64,000 nucleotides of DNA, from NCBI GenBank assembly GCA_963788725.1, contig CAWBHT010000003.1, positions 224,354 through 288,353 on the forward strand. The letters are read 5' to 3'. A program made the translations under genes and the position numbers. Under the pieces are notes generated by a model. That model was not told the DNA's origin and made no database searches. It saw only the letters and a program-made list of their open reading frames with translations. Source of the stretch: an uncultured Acidobacteriota bacterium. Its GTDB lineage: Bacteria; Acidobacteriota; Terriglobia; Acidiferrales; UBA7541. Every line of letters starts with the position of its first letter. The first letter of the stretch is position 1. Shown here in pieces: positions 42,349 to 52,858 of this stretch.

Positions 42349-42867
42349 TCACTTCCTCACATAAACCACTTCCTCCGAAAACGTATCCTTCTGATTCTTC
42401 CGAAATGTCCAAGTCTGCTTGATGTGATTGTCATCCAGAAAAACGTAAACCGCATGATGCATATGTCCGTCATCCGCACTCTTCAAATTCGTGGCGCTGA
42501 TAAAATCGAACGTCAACGTCTTGCTCTCCGGCGCATACGTACCGCGCATCGTTGGCTGATTCCCCGCCACGCAGTAGTGCGTCATCTGCACTTTGTCGCC
42601 ATCCAGGTGGTAAACCGTGGTCATCTCCACCGGTTTTCCGTCGATCGTGTCGCGTGATCGCTCCAGAATTGCCGAGCCGCCTCCGGTCAACTCGATGTCC
42701 AGTGTCGACTTCTCATTCTTCACGGATTGCGATTCCCAATGGCCAACCATCGACTGCAATTTGGCGAACGCTTCCGGTTTCGTCACCGCTGTCGCGTGCG
42801 CACGGGTGGAAACTACGAAACTCAATACAATTGCGGCCGCAAGGAATCCGTGCATCTTCTTCATCAC
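42349..42867 (-). CDS. Secreted beta-barrel hypothetical protein
   Basis: Signal peptide (AHA), FAKLQSMVGHW, MTTVYHLDG, MTHYCVAGNQP, GHMHH; AAGGAG RBS. Confidence 0.8.
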   Translation of the reverse strand: MMKKMHGFLAAAIVLSFVVSTRAHATAVTKPEAFAKLQSMVGHWESQSVKNEKSTLDIELTGGGSAILERSRDTIDGKPVEMTTVYHLDGDKVQMTHYCVAGNQPTMRGTYAPESKTLTFDFISATNLKSADDGHMHHAVYVFLDDNHIKQTWTFRKNQKDTFSEEVVYVRK

Positions 42868-42935
42868 AATCTCCTTTTAAATCGATGACCAACCCGCATC
42901 ACGAATGTACTTAACTTGGGTCTACGCGCCTCGGT

Positions 42936-43304
42936 CTACTTAGCTTCCACCGTCTCCTCCAGCGAAGCTGTTAACTTTCCCCAGCGCTGCGTAGCAAATC
43001 CCACAATCGCGCCCAGCAACATTCCAGGCAGCATGATGTCCCAGAACAGCGCCATTCCCGCATGCATCACGACAACCAAGCTCAGAATCGCCGCAATCGC
43101 AATTCCGGCAATGATCCCAATCACGATCGACCGAACTCTCTGCGACAAATACCCGATCGCGACTCCCGCCACCAATCCCTTCAACATCGAAAAGGTAATC
43201 ACGCTGCCCATCATCGGCCCAAGCGAAGGCTCGAAAAATCCGCTCAAGCCGTCCATCAAACCCAATGTTCCGCCCACGATCAAACCGAGCACCGGCTTGG
43301 TCAC
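42936..43304 (-). CDS. Small 4-TM membrane protein (paralog B)
   Basis: Four hydrophobic Gly-rich helices; aligns end to end with 43883..44239. Confidence 0.8.
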   Translation of the reverse strand: MTKPVLGLIVGGTLGLMDGLSGFFEPSLGPMMGSVITFSMLKGLVAGVAIGYLSQRVRSIVIGIIAGIAIAAILSLVVVMHAGMALFWDIMLPGMLLGAIVGFATQRWGKLTASLEETVEAK

Positions 43305-43428
43305 AATTTTCTCCAGCCGCCTTCCGTTCTGCGGCGCTTTCTAAGTGGCGATTTCTTCGTCAGGGCACGCTGTACCCATGCCACACCTGAATTGCTGCCG
43401 GCGTTTTCCATGCATTATCGCTAATGCA

Positions 43429-43794
43429 TCACTTCGCGTTCGGATCTGCCTGCATCACACCGAAAACATTTCCTTCCGTGTCCTGCAGGTACGCGAAGTA
43501 GCCGACCGTCGGAATCGGTGTCTTCTCCATGATCAGTTTCCCGCCAGCATCCTGCACCGCTTTTACCGAGGCGTCGACCGATTCCACGCCGATGGTGTTG
43601 GTTGTGCTGGTCACCGGGCCTTGTTTCGGCATCATCCCGCCGTTAATTCCCGGGTGGCCTTCTTCGCCTGTGTTCACCAGCCAATAGTCCATCGTTCCCC
43701 ACTTCTCAAATTTCCAGCCGAAGATCTTCTTGTAGAACGCGGCAGCGCGCTCCGGATTTTCCGCAGGTATTTCAAAATGAATGACTCGAGCCAT
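43429..43794 (-). CDS. VOC family protein
   Basis: VIHFEI, FYKKIFGW, GINGG, AGGK, GYFAYLQDTEGNVFG; AGGAGAGG RBS. Confidence 0.92.
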   Translation of the reverse strand: MARVIHFEIPAENPERAAAFYKKIFGWKFEKWGTMDYWLVNTGEEGHPGINGGMMPKQGPVTSTTNTIGVESVDASVKAVQDAGGKLIMEKTPIPTVGYFAYLQDTEGNVFGVMQADPNAK

Positions 43795-43882
43795 GACCTC
43801 TCCTTGTTTTTACTGCGATCTACAAATCCGTCTCAATTCACGATCAAACTGTCAGCGTCAAATCACTCCCTGACGTCTAGCA

Positions 43883-44239
43883 TCAGCGTGTCGCCGATGC
43901 GGTGACAGCATTCGTGCCATAACGCTGGGTCGCGTACCCCACGATCACTCCCACCAGACTTCCAGGCAAAATGATCGGCAGATAGTAGCCGTGCTGGAGA
44001 TATGCGACCAAGAACGCCAGCACGAAACCGACGGCGAGCCCAAACACAATTCCCAGCAACAGGGAGTGCACTTTCCGCGCGAAGAATCCGATGGCCACTC
44101 CCGCGATAATGCCCTTGGCCGTCGAGCCGATGATGATACCCGCGAGTTGCGCGCGCACCGCCGGAGTGAACCACGCAGTAGCGCCGTCGATCGCACCGAG
44201 AACCGCGCCGAGCAACAGTCCAAGCAGAATTTTATTCAT
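43883..44239 (-). CDS. Small 4-TM membrane protein (paralog A)
   Basis: LG.IDG, S..KG..AG..IG, LPG, IVG.ATQR motifs shared with paralog B. Confidence 0.8.
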   Translation of the reverse strand: MNKILLGLLLGAVLGAIDGATAWFTPAVRAQLAGIIIGSTAKGIIAGVAIGFFARKVHSLLLGIVFGLAVGFVLAFLVAYLQHGYYLPIILPGSLVGVIVGYATQRYGTNAVTASATR

Positions 44240-44315
44240 CGAGGATCTCCCTTGTGGCTCGGGATTCTCTCCCTGTTTACGGTTCTTTACAACGCAGGAG
44301 AAATTTCCTTTAGGA

Positions 44316-45362
44316 CTAGCGGTGAGAAATCAGCAGTAAAATGACGCGCATCACTAAGTACGCTGCTATCAAAAGGATAGCGACGTTGTTACGCCGATAA
44401 AATCGTACTGCCTTATCGAGAAATGTCTCGCGCCGCGCGCTCACGGGCAATCCATCCAGGTATCGCGACACGTCCGATGCAAATTGCGTCACGCTGCCGT
44501 AGCGGTGTTCAGGACGCTGCGCTGTAGCCTTCGCGCAAATCGCTTCCAATGATTTGTCGAGCATGTGGCTGGAAGGATTTTCTTGCGAGGCTGCATTCGC
44601 TGGCGAATCGCGCACCAGCAGAAATCGCAGCAACGCGCCGAGCGAGAAAATATCGCTGCGTTCGTCCAGTTGGGCGTGGTCACCGCGAGCTTGCTCGGGC
44701 GACATATAGCCAGGTGTTCCCATCACTGTGCCATGCGCAGTGGTCGCGGCGGTTTCCGTACGCTCGCCTATCGCGCCGGTTCCGGAAGTCTGGCGAACGA
44801 TCGTGGAATCAGAACCAGATTCGGCTGCGGAAGCAGCCACCTTCGCGAAGATCTTTGCTAACCCCCAGTCCAGCACCAGGACTTCGCCGAACGAGCCGAC
44901 CATCACGTTCGCCGGCTTCAGATCGCGATGCAAAATCCCGCGCACATGAGCGAATGCCACCGCCTCGCAGATACGCAAGAAGAGACGCAGCCGGTCCGAC
45001 CGCGACTCAACGCCTTCCAGATGCTTATCCAGGCGTTGGCCTTCGACAAACTTCATGGTGTAGAAGACGCGGCCATCTTGCAGCGTACCGACGTCGTGCA
45101 CTGGCACGATTCCCGGATGCTCCAGGGTCGCGAGCACCTGCGCTTCGCGAATCAGTCGGCGAGCCAGTTCGCCGCCGCGATCCTCGACGTCCAGGACCTT
45201 GAGCGCAACGCGGCGTTCGAGTTTTTCGTCTCGCGCGGCGTAGATCAAACCCATTCCGCCGCGAGCGACTCGCTCGAGCAATACGTAACGTGTTCCGGCA
45301 AGATCCGGAGCATCACTAAGATCGCGAAGCCGATCGAGCGCCTTGTCGGTGAGGAATTTCAT
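44316..45362 (-). CDS. Ser/Thr kinase with a single C-terminal TM and no sensor domain
   Basis: ARGGMG, VALK, HPGIVPVH, HRDLKPAN, DWGLAK, GTPGYMSPEQ; ends in NVAILLIAAYLVMRVILLLISHR. Confidence 0.92.
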   Translation of the reverse strand: MKFLTDKALDRLRDLSDAPDLAGTRYVLLERVARGGMGLIYAARDEKLERRVALKVLDVEDRGGELARRLIREAQVLATLEHPGIVPVHDVGTLQDGRVFYTMKFVEGQRLDKHLEGVESRSDRLRLFLRICEAVAFAHVRGILHRDLKPANVMVGSFGEVLVLDWGLAKIFAKVAASAAESGSDSTIVRQTSGTGAIGERTETAATTAHGTVMGTPGYMSPEQARGDHAQLDERSDIFSLGALLRFLLVRDSPANAASQENPSSHMLDKSLEAICAKATAQRPEHRYGSVTQFASDVSRYLDGLPVSARRETFLDKAVRFYRRNNVAILLIAAYLVMRVILLLISHR

Positions 45363-46129
45363 TACGCGCCCTTGCCAGGCTTTCTACCGAATAGTGCCAG
45401 CGCTTCACGCTGGAATTCTTCTTCGCTTCCACAGATCTCGCGAAGCCGCTCTTTCGCGATCCGCCGAAACTCACGGCGCGCCCACGACAGCGCGTTCGTG
45501 ACATCGGTTAGGGGAATGCTGTGCTTGCGTGCCAGATCGTCGTAGGAAATATCCGGCGCGGCGTCGATATCGTATTCCTCGAACAACAGAAATGTGGTTG
45601 CACGTTCCCGATCGTCGCAGAGCTTTCGCAAGTCATCAACCGCCAGCGTGAACAGACTGCGGATCCACTCCTTTTCAAAGAAATCTTCCATCAATTCGGG
45701 AGATGGAATCGCGGCAGGATCGACAACTTGCTCGCGCAGCTCTCCTTCGGCTTGCTGAAAGTCCAGCGCCACATGCAGTACGTTGCCGCCACGTTTCTGG
45801 CGCGACGCCGCCTTTTCCTGATTCATGACAAAGCTGTCGGCACAAATGCGCAGATAGGTGCGTAAGCGGCTTTTTGCCGGATCGTATTTCGGGAGCAATT
45901 CGCGCTCCAACAATTCCGCGAAAAATCCTTGTGTCAGATCCTGCGCATCTTCGGCGGGACGATTCCAGCGGATACGAATGTATTTGTAAACCGGACGCCA
46001 GTAAGCGGCGCAGAGCGCGGCTAGCGCACGATCGCGCGCAGCCTCATCTGTGCTGCGCGCCGCGTCGATGACCGACCAACGAGTGGGCGGAAATTTGTCG
46101 CCGCCGTAAGGTTGGCTGTCGGAGGGCAC
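45362..46129 (-). CDS. ECF-type sigma-70 factor (kinase-associated FxxTxWS type)
   Basis: FPPTRWSVI, YWRPVYKYIR, DAQDLTQGFF, RLRTYL, QKRGG, FEKEW, region-4 HTH SYDDLARKH; TAATG-coupled to the kinase. Confidence 0.88.
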   Translation of the reverse strand: MPSDSQPYGGDKFPPTRWSVIDAARSTDEAARDRALAALCAAYWRPVYKYIRIRWNRPAEDAQDLTQGFFAELLERELLPKYDPAKSRLRTYLRICADSFVMNQEKAASRQKRGGNVLHVALDFQQAEGELREQVVDPAAIPSPELMEDFFEKEWIRSLFTLAVDDLRKLCDDRERATTFLLFEEYDIDAAPDISYDDLARKHSIPLTDVTNALSWARREFRRIAKERLREICGSEEEFQREALALFGRKPGKGA

Positions 46130-46132
46130 GGG

Positions 46133-47458
46133 TTATTCATAGCGGAGAGCTTCGACAGGATCAAGCCGGGCGGCCTTCCAGGCGGGGTACACGCCAAAGA
46201 CGATGCCGATCATGGCGCACATGACCAAAGCAGTGATAATCCAGAAAAGTGAGAGCGTGGCGGTGACGCCGAGTCCGTAGTGCAGCGTCAGCGTAAAGCC
46301 AGATCCCAGCAACACGCCGATGATCCCGCCTACGGCGCTGAGGGTCACGGCTTCGATCAAAAATTGCGCCAGGATATTGTTACGCTTGGCGCCGATAGCT
46401 TTGCGGACACCGATTTCGCGGGTGCGCTCGGTGACGGACACCAACATGATGTTCATCACACCGATGCCGCCAACGATTAAACCGACCGAAGCTACGGCGA
46501 ACATTAGAATGAAAATCATGCCGCTGATCTTGTTCCACAGATCAAGGAAATAGTCGGACGTGAAAATCGCGAAATCGTCTGGTTTGCCGTTGCTGAGACG
46601 CCGCTTCCGACGCAGCAATTCGCGCGTTTCGTCAACCGCTTCGGCGACGCTCTTGGGGTTCGCCGCCTTCACAAACAGAACGTAGTCTTTTTGATTTGGA
46701 TAGAGCTTGCGCAGCGAAGTTACCGGCATAACGGCGATGTTGTCTTCTGGATTGGAGCCGCCAGAGATGCCCTGCTTGCGCTTTTCCATCGTGCCGATGA
46801 CGGTGAAGAGCTGGCCGTTCAGAGTGACTTCTTTTCCGATCGCGTCAGAGGCAGAGCCGGGAAAAAGCGTTCGCGTGGTGTCGTAGCCGAGCATGACGAC
46901 TGGCGAGCGATGCTCGGTATCGTTCTCATCGAAAGGCCGGCCGTACTCAATTTTCATGTCGAAAATACGATTGATCGACGGCGAATTACCTTGCAGGATG
47001 ACGTTTTTCGCGCGGAATGCGCCACGGCGAACGTCGGCGGTGCCGGCACCGAACTGCGGCATGAAAATTCGCATGGATGGCGAAGCGGCGGCCACATGCG
47101 GCAGCTTTTCGATGTCGTCGGCCCATTCGGGCTGCAATTCCTTGCGGTTCAGCCATTCCGAAGGTGGACGGGAAAGCGCAGCCCAGGGGAATCGGTAGCA
47201 GATGATGGTGTCGGAACCGAGCTCGCGAATTCCGGCGAGCACATTGTCGTTCAGCCCATTGATGAGCGCACTGACGGTGATGACGGTGGTGATGCCGATG
47301 ACGATTCCTAGAATGGTGAGCGAGGAACGCAGTGGATTTTTCCGCAGCGTGTCGAAAGCGAGAAATAAGGCTTCGCCAAGCTGCAAGGCGCTCTTCGGAG
47401 CATGCACGCGCGCCGGCAGCATGGCGCTTTGCGGGAAGGTTTTGTCTAACGTCAACAT
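46133..47458 (-). CDS. ABC transporter permease (MacB/FtsX family)
   Basis: RSSLTILGIVIG, GGIGVMNIMLVSVTERTREIGVRKAIGA, PAWKAARLDPVEALRYE. Confidence 0.93.
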   Translation of the reverse strand: MLTLDKTFPQSAMLPARVHAPKSALQLGEALFLAFDTLRKNPLRSSLTILGIVIGITTVITVSALINGLNDNVLAGIRELGSDTIICYRFPWAALSRPPSEWLNRKELQPEWADDIEKLPHVAAASPSMRIFMPQFGAGTADVRRGAFRAKNVILQGNSPSINRIFDMKIEYGRPFDENDTEHRSPVVMLGYDTTRTLFPGSASDAIGKEVTLNGQLFTVIGTMEKRKQGISGGSNPEDNIAVMPVTSLRKLYPNQKDYVLFVKAANPKSVAEAVDETRELLRRKRRLSNGKPDDFAIFTSDYFLDLWNKISGMIFILMFAVASVGLIVGGIGVMNIMLVSVTERTREIGVRKAIGAKRNNILAQFLIEAVTLSAVGGIIGVLLGSGFTLTLHYGLGVTATLSLFWIITALVMCAMIGIVFGVYPAWKAARLDPVEALRYE

Positions 47459-47465
47459 TCTTTAG

Positions 47466-48719
47466 CTACTCCGATCGCAAAGCGACGACCGGATCGAGGC
47501 GCGCCGCTTTCGATGCCGGATAAGTTCCGAAAAATAATCCGACGCTGAGCGCCACGAACAGTCCCCCTATTACGGACCACAACTGCACGGCGCTGGGCAG
47601 GGGCGTGACCCAGGAGACGATCTTGGCGAGGAGCACGCCGAAAACAACGCCGAGCACTCCGCCGATGGCGGCTACAGTAGAAGATTCAATCAGAAATTGC
47701 AGCAGGATGTCGGAGCGCCGCGCGCCGATGGCTTTGCGAACGCCGATCTCGCGGGTTCGCTCGGTGACGGACACCAGCATGATGTTCATGATGACGATTC
47801 CGCCGACGATCAGGGAGATCGAGGCAATGCCGATCATCACCACAAAGAACGATCCGCTGATGCTCTTCCACAAATCGAGAAAAGAGTCGGAGGTTTCGAC
47901 GGCGAAATCATCCTTGGTCGCGTAAGCGAGATGATGGCGGCCTCGCATGATCTGGCGAACTTCATCGACGCTGGTTTGGATGTTGGCGGCGGCTCCGGCG
48001 CGAATGGTGACACGCAGGGAATCCTGCTGGTTGCCGTACCCCTTCTTGTAGGTGCTGAGCGGCAGGATAATCCAGTTATCAAGCGAAGTGCCGAGCGCGG
48101 AGCCTTCCTTCTTACCTACGCCGATCACCTGGCAGGGCGTGTTGTTCCAGCGAATCTCTTTGCCGACTGGATCGACTCCGGGCATCAGGTTCTCGACGAT
48201 ATCGTTGCCGATGACGCAAACAGGGGCGGCATCGCGAAGATCGGTCTCCGTGATATGGCGCCCGGAGACGAGATCAACGTCGTACAGCTCGGGCATTTGC
48301 GGCGTCCAGGCACGCAGATTGGTGTCTTTGAGTGAATTGACGCCGCTTTTGGTCTCGACACGGCCGCCGAGCGCGGCGCCGACTTCCTTGCAGGACGTGC
48401 AGAATTCGCGCACGGCTTCGAAGTCGTCGTAAGTGATGCGCTTGCGTTTTTGAAATTCCAAAAAATCGTCGACATTGGTGATGATCGAGGGCTGTTTCGA
48501 GAGACCGAACACGTCAGCGCCGAGTCGGAACACGCGAGTGGCGACGTACTGGTTGGCGCCATTGATGAGGCTGACGACGGCGATGACCGAGGTCACCCCT
48601 ATGACAACGCCGATGAGAGTGAGGATGCTGCGAAGCTTGTGCGCCCATAGGCTGGAGGTGGCAATGGCCACCGCTTCGGTAAGGTGCATGGACGATGCGC
48701 GCTGCATGGGCGAGGGCAC
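47466..48719 (-). CDS. ABC transporter permease (MacB/FtsX family)
   Basis: KLRSILTLIGVVIG, MNIMLVSVTERTREIG, PASKAARLDPVVALRSE. Confidence 0.93.
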   Translation of the reverse strand: MPSPMQRASSMHLTEAVAIATSSLWAHKLRSILTLIGVVIGVTSVIAVVSLINGANQYVATRVFRLGADVFGLSKQPSIITNVDDFLEFQKRKRITYDDFEAVREFCTSCKEVGAALGGRVETKSGVNSLKDTNLRAWTPQMPELYDVDLVSGRHITETDLRDAAPVCVIGNDIVENLMPGVDPVGKEIRWNNTPCQVIGVGKKEGSALGTSLDNWIILPLSTYKKGYGNQQDSLRVTIRAGAAANIQTSVDEVRQIMRGRHHLAYATKDDFAVETSDSFLDLWKSISGSFFVVMIGIASISLIVGGIVIMNIMLVSVTERTREIGVRKAIGARRSDILLQFLIESSTVAAIGGVLGVVFGVLLAKIVSWVTPLPSAVQLWSVIGGLFVALSVGLFFGTYPASKAARLDPVVALRSE

Positions 48720-49078
48720 ATACGATTATACGTCGACGATTAAGCGATGTTTCGAGGCAAGCGGCGATGCGCTACGGCTGAGAACCGCAAGTTATTGTGC
48801 TTTTTCGATTTCTTCGGGGCCCACCCACCTTTCTATGGATCATTATTCAATCGGAGTTAGCAAGTACTTGGGACGTATCTGTCTCATTCGAAAACCTTTA
48901 CGGCCCATCTGCAAGAACGTGACATAGTACTATCTGCGACGCTGAGTGGATTCTCCTTCGAGCGTCGTTCCTCAGCACGTGCATGTGATGCTACTGTGGC
49001 TATGGAGTGCCAATCCCACATTGGTACCGATTTTGTCGATGCTGTGTATCTGTCCGAGTCCAGACGCTATGAAGCTTG

Positions 49079-49119
49079 AAAAAGGAAAGGGCGCCGAGAG
49101 CTGATCGGCGCCCTGTTTT
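49079..49119 (-). terminator. Intrinsic terminator after TonB receptor 1
   Basis: AGGGCGCCGA/TCGGCGCCCT 10-bp stem flanked by A-rich and T-rich tracts. Confidence 0.8.
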
Positions 49120-49151
49120 GCCGCTGGCTTCGCGGCTGGTTTGAGTACGAG

Positions 49152-52100
49152 TTAGAAGGTGAAACGTAACCCTAGTCGGATGGTGCGGCCGGCCTGATAG
49201 CGGTTGGGTTGGCCGTAACCGCTGTTGATGGTGACCGGACCTCCACCAGCGCCGACGGAGTTCGATGGCGCCGCGTTTAGCAGAGGCGCAACGCTGTACG
49301 GGCTCATGGCCGCAGAGTAGAAGTCCACCCCATCGAACAAGGTGTGGCCTCCTGGCGCGATAAAGTTGGGGTTGAAACCGCTGGTGACGTTTTCCTGCAA
49401 CGCAGTGACAGAGCGTTCATTGAGCAGGTTGCTGATGGTAGCGGAGAAGCCCAGAGTCTTGTTCTCGCTGATTTTGTAGCTCTGGGTAAGATTGAAGTCG
49501 GTCTGGTTGTACCAAGGGGTACGCAGATCCCTGGCGGGCCCAACGATAACTGCACCTGTGACGGGATCCTGAGTGACATCAGCCCACTTCCCGCGATCAA
49601 AGGCATAAACAGGGAAGCCGCCGCCAGCATTAGGAACGTTGTAGCCAGTCTGGAAACCAAACCCTGCGTCCAGGTAGCTGGAGACTGGGGAGCCTTGATA
49701 GAAAACCTGGAAAACGCCAAATTGAGTGGTGAAGTGTCTCAACCAGCCCAGTTCGTAGTAAGCGTACCCTTTAAAGGTATTGGGTCGATCTGTCGGGAGC
49801 CGCCCACTGGAAGACTTGCCGTTAGCGTCAAAGGAAAAGAACGGTTCGTCGAAGGCACGGCCGTTGTTGGGAGCATTGCGGCCGCCCGCACCATCAGCCT
49901 GATCGGTGCTGGTCAAGCCAGTGTAGTTGCCCCACAAGCGGCTGTAAGTGTAGGAGAACATACCTGACCAATGCCTCGCAGAGGCTTTGGTGAGGCGGAA
50001 TTCCAAGCCATCATAGTTGCGCTGCGCTGGAATAATGTTCGGGCAAGACGGTGTGCTGGTTGGAGTGCAGGTGGAAGCGCCTGCGTCGCCAGGTTTAAGG
50101 CCAGCGAGGAAGTTGTAAAAGCCGGAGAAGGTTTTGTCGACGCCCTGTCCCGGGTTGACGATGACAAAGGTCTCGCCGATATTGGGATTGAAGATAGAAG
50201 CGTCTTCAATCACGTGATCGAGACGCCGACGATCGTAACGAGCTTCGAAAGCCAGCGTTTTGGACACTTGGTAGTCGACCCCGAGCGTGTATTCATGCTG
50301 CTTGTAGGGTTTTAGCCCGGGTGCAACGCCTTCTTCCGAATTCGTGCAGGTCGAACAAGTCGTCGGAAAAGTACGGAAATTCTGGTTTTCCAGGAAGGTC
50401 AATCCGGCCGGAGTAGTGCCGCCGAAGTTGGCCTGACTCGTGGCATCGGGACCGACGCAATAACGGTTGTTGGCGCCGAACACCGGTTGAATGGAAGTGA
50501 TGTTAGGAGTGTCGAGGGCGTAATAGCACTGCTGCCAGAACTGCCCGCCGAAGGAGCTGATGGCGAGGTTGAGTTTCATCTGGTCATAAAACTGACCGTA
50601 GCCACCAAAGATTTTCATCTTCCCATTGCGGAAGGGATCCCAAGCCGCTCCGATACGCGGAGCGATCTTGTCACCCCAACCGAAGTTGATAGGAGTGGAA
50701 ATACCACCCGTGGGCTGGTTCTCGGCCGGCAAACCTTCCTTTTCGATACGGATACCGCCATTGATAGTCAGACCTTTGGCGATGGACCAGGAATCCTGGA
50801 AGAAAAAGGAGTGATTGTTACTGGTAACATCGCCGTTTGAGCCGAAATCGTAGACGCTGATGTAGCCATATTGACCGGTACATGAACCATAGAGCGCTAT
50901 AAAAGCAGCGCAATTGGCCTGACCGGTGGGTCCCTGCGGGCTATACGCGCTGCCGCTCCCAACGAAGAAATCAACACGTGGAACGTTGTAGTGTTGATTA
51001 ATAATATTGACAAGTGGTTCAGCTGATAGCCGAACTTGAAATTGTGAGTGCCCTTCCATCCGCTCTTAAACCATGCGAGGTCCACGTCAACTTGGCTGGC
51101 CTTGCTGGCGTTATGGCTGGTGAAGTTAGGGCTGGTGGCAATATTGAAAAAGCCGCCGGGTTTCTGATAGTCGGGCGGAAGTGGGTTGCCGAGCTGGTCG
51201 ACGGCGCCTTGGCCGTTAGCGGTGAAGTTGGTCAAGGTACCGATCTGGGGAAAACCGAAGTCATGATAATTCTCGAAGTAGTAGCCGAAACGACCGGTCA
51301 AGATCAGGCGTGAGGTGATGTTGTAATCGGCCCCTACGTTTGTAGTGGTGTTTGGCGAGACGTAGCCCAGGTTGTGAGAGAAGTTCGAAGGATCAACGGA
51401 CGAGCTGATGTTGAAGAATCCATTCGAGGCATCCGAGAATGGCAAGATTTCGCCGGTTTGCCGCTGCAATTGATAGAGCCAGGAAGCATAGAGGCGCAGA
51501 CGCTTGGTCACGGCCGCGTCGATCCGCGCGTTGGTATAGTAGGTTTGCGTGTTCTGGCTAAAATTGATATTGCCGAGGGGAACCAAAGTCGGATCTTGGG
51601 ACAGCGCGTAATTCACTCCGCGCTCCAGTTGGTTAAATTCCGGATTGAACGCCACGAACCCGAAAATGCGGTCTTTCCAGATCGGGCCGCCAAGAGTGAA
51701 GCCAGGGAAGATGTCGCTGGTTTTGTCCTTCTTGGGTACATACTGCTGGAATGTAGGGTCGGTGAGAAACGTGCCGCTTGGTCCAACAACTGCAGAAGAG
51801 TTGGGATCGTAGCGGGTGAACGTAGATGGCCGCGCATCCATGGCGTCGTTCTCAAAGTACGTAAAGAGAGAACCATGCCACGCGTTGGTACCCTTCTTCA
51901 TTACGACGTTAACGACGCCGCCAAGAGCACCGCCATGTTCGGCCTGAATGCCGGAGTTCTTAATTTCGACCTGATCGATGAAGTCAAAGGGCACGCTGGT
52001 GCGGGAATAGCCGCCGATCAAGTTGGCGGTTTCCTGGCCTTCCACGAGATAGGAATTTTCCGAGTCGGATCCACCGGCAACCGAGAAACCGTGATCACCG

Positions 52101-52676
52101 CCGTTGGCGGTGCTCCCTGGCGCGGAGCCGCCGCTGCCATTGCCTGGATACCCGCCGGAGGTGGTGTTGCCAAGCAGGGGCTCGTTGCGGGCGGAAGGAG
52201 CGAACTGAATCACCGATTGGAAGCTGCGCCCGTGGGGGATCGCTTCAATGACATCTTCGGTGACGTTGGTCGCAGTGACGTTGGTGGTGACATCAATTTG
52301 CGGAGCGGCGCCACTAACCTCAACGATGGTTTCAGAACGCCCGACCTCCACGTTGAAGTCCACGGTAGGCAAGCGACCAACTTCGAGAGTGACTTCGCGC
52401 TTGGCGGTGGAGAAACCTTTGGCGGTTACAGTGATGGTGTAAGTGTCGGGCGGAAGATTCGCGAAGCGTAGTAGCCGCTCGAGTCGGTTTCGACGCTCTT
52501 GGTGCCGACCAAGCTATTGGCGGTCACCGTTACGGTTGCTCCTGGAACGACAGCTCCGGACGGATCCCGAAGCGTTCCCTGGAGCCACCGGTTGTTTCTT
52601 GAGCCGCTAATTTGAGGCCCGACATCAACAGCAGAGCGAAGCAACACAGCAGTCTTGAAAGATGCATTAGACGCAT
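49152..52676 (-). CDS. Oar-like TonB-dependent receptor with carboxypeptidase-regulatory domain; three frameshifts (~52584, ~52468, ~51011)
   Basis: Signal peptide, AQETTG-LQGTLRDPSGAVVPGA, GRSFQS, GGVVNVVMKKGTN, LGGPIWKDR, FFQDSW, APRIGAAWD, GRTIRLGLRFTF terminal Phe. Confidence 0.88.
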
Positions 52677-52841
52677 TCCCCCTCCATGACGGAAGAATCC
52701 AAGGTGCGCGAGCGCGATTTTTGGACAACCCCGGATCTCTGGCTTCGACAGGGACGCAGAATTCCACAACCGACTAGTGCTGCTAGTTACGAAACTGAGT
52801 GTTGCGGGCCCCGGGAAGCTAAGATCGCGATGAAAAGGCTA

Positions 52842-52858
52842 TGCAACAAATTTGCCAA
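52842..52858 (-). promoter_or_regulatory. sigma54 (-24/-12) promoter of TonB receptor 1
   Basis: Minus strand TTGGCAAATTTGTTGCA (GG-N10-GC) about 165 nt upstream of the ATG. Confidence 0.7.

Noticed and set aside
44240-44315. ECF promoter upstream of the 4-TM gene (GGAAAT...CGTAA)
   Set aside because: The 21-nt spacing does not fit the usual 16-17 nt.
46133-48719. Permeases lacking an adjacent ATPase as a novelty in itself
   Set aside because: The ATPase and adaptor may be encoded elsewhere; orphan MacB-type permeases are common.
51374-52471. Long antisense or alternative-frame ORFs (also 4962..5819, 22616..23431, 23555..24457, 39363..40286, 61085..62086)
   Set aside because: They overlap well-supported genes, lack recognisable motifs and are expected in high-GC DNA.
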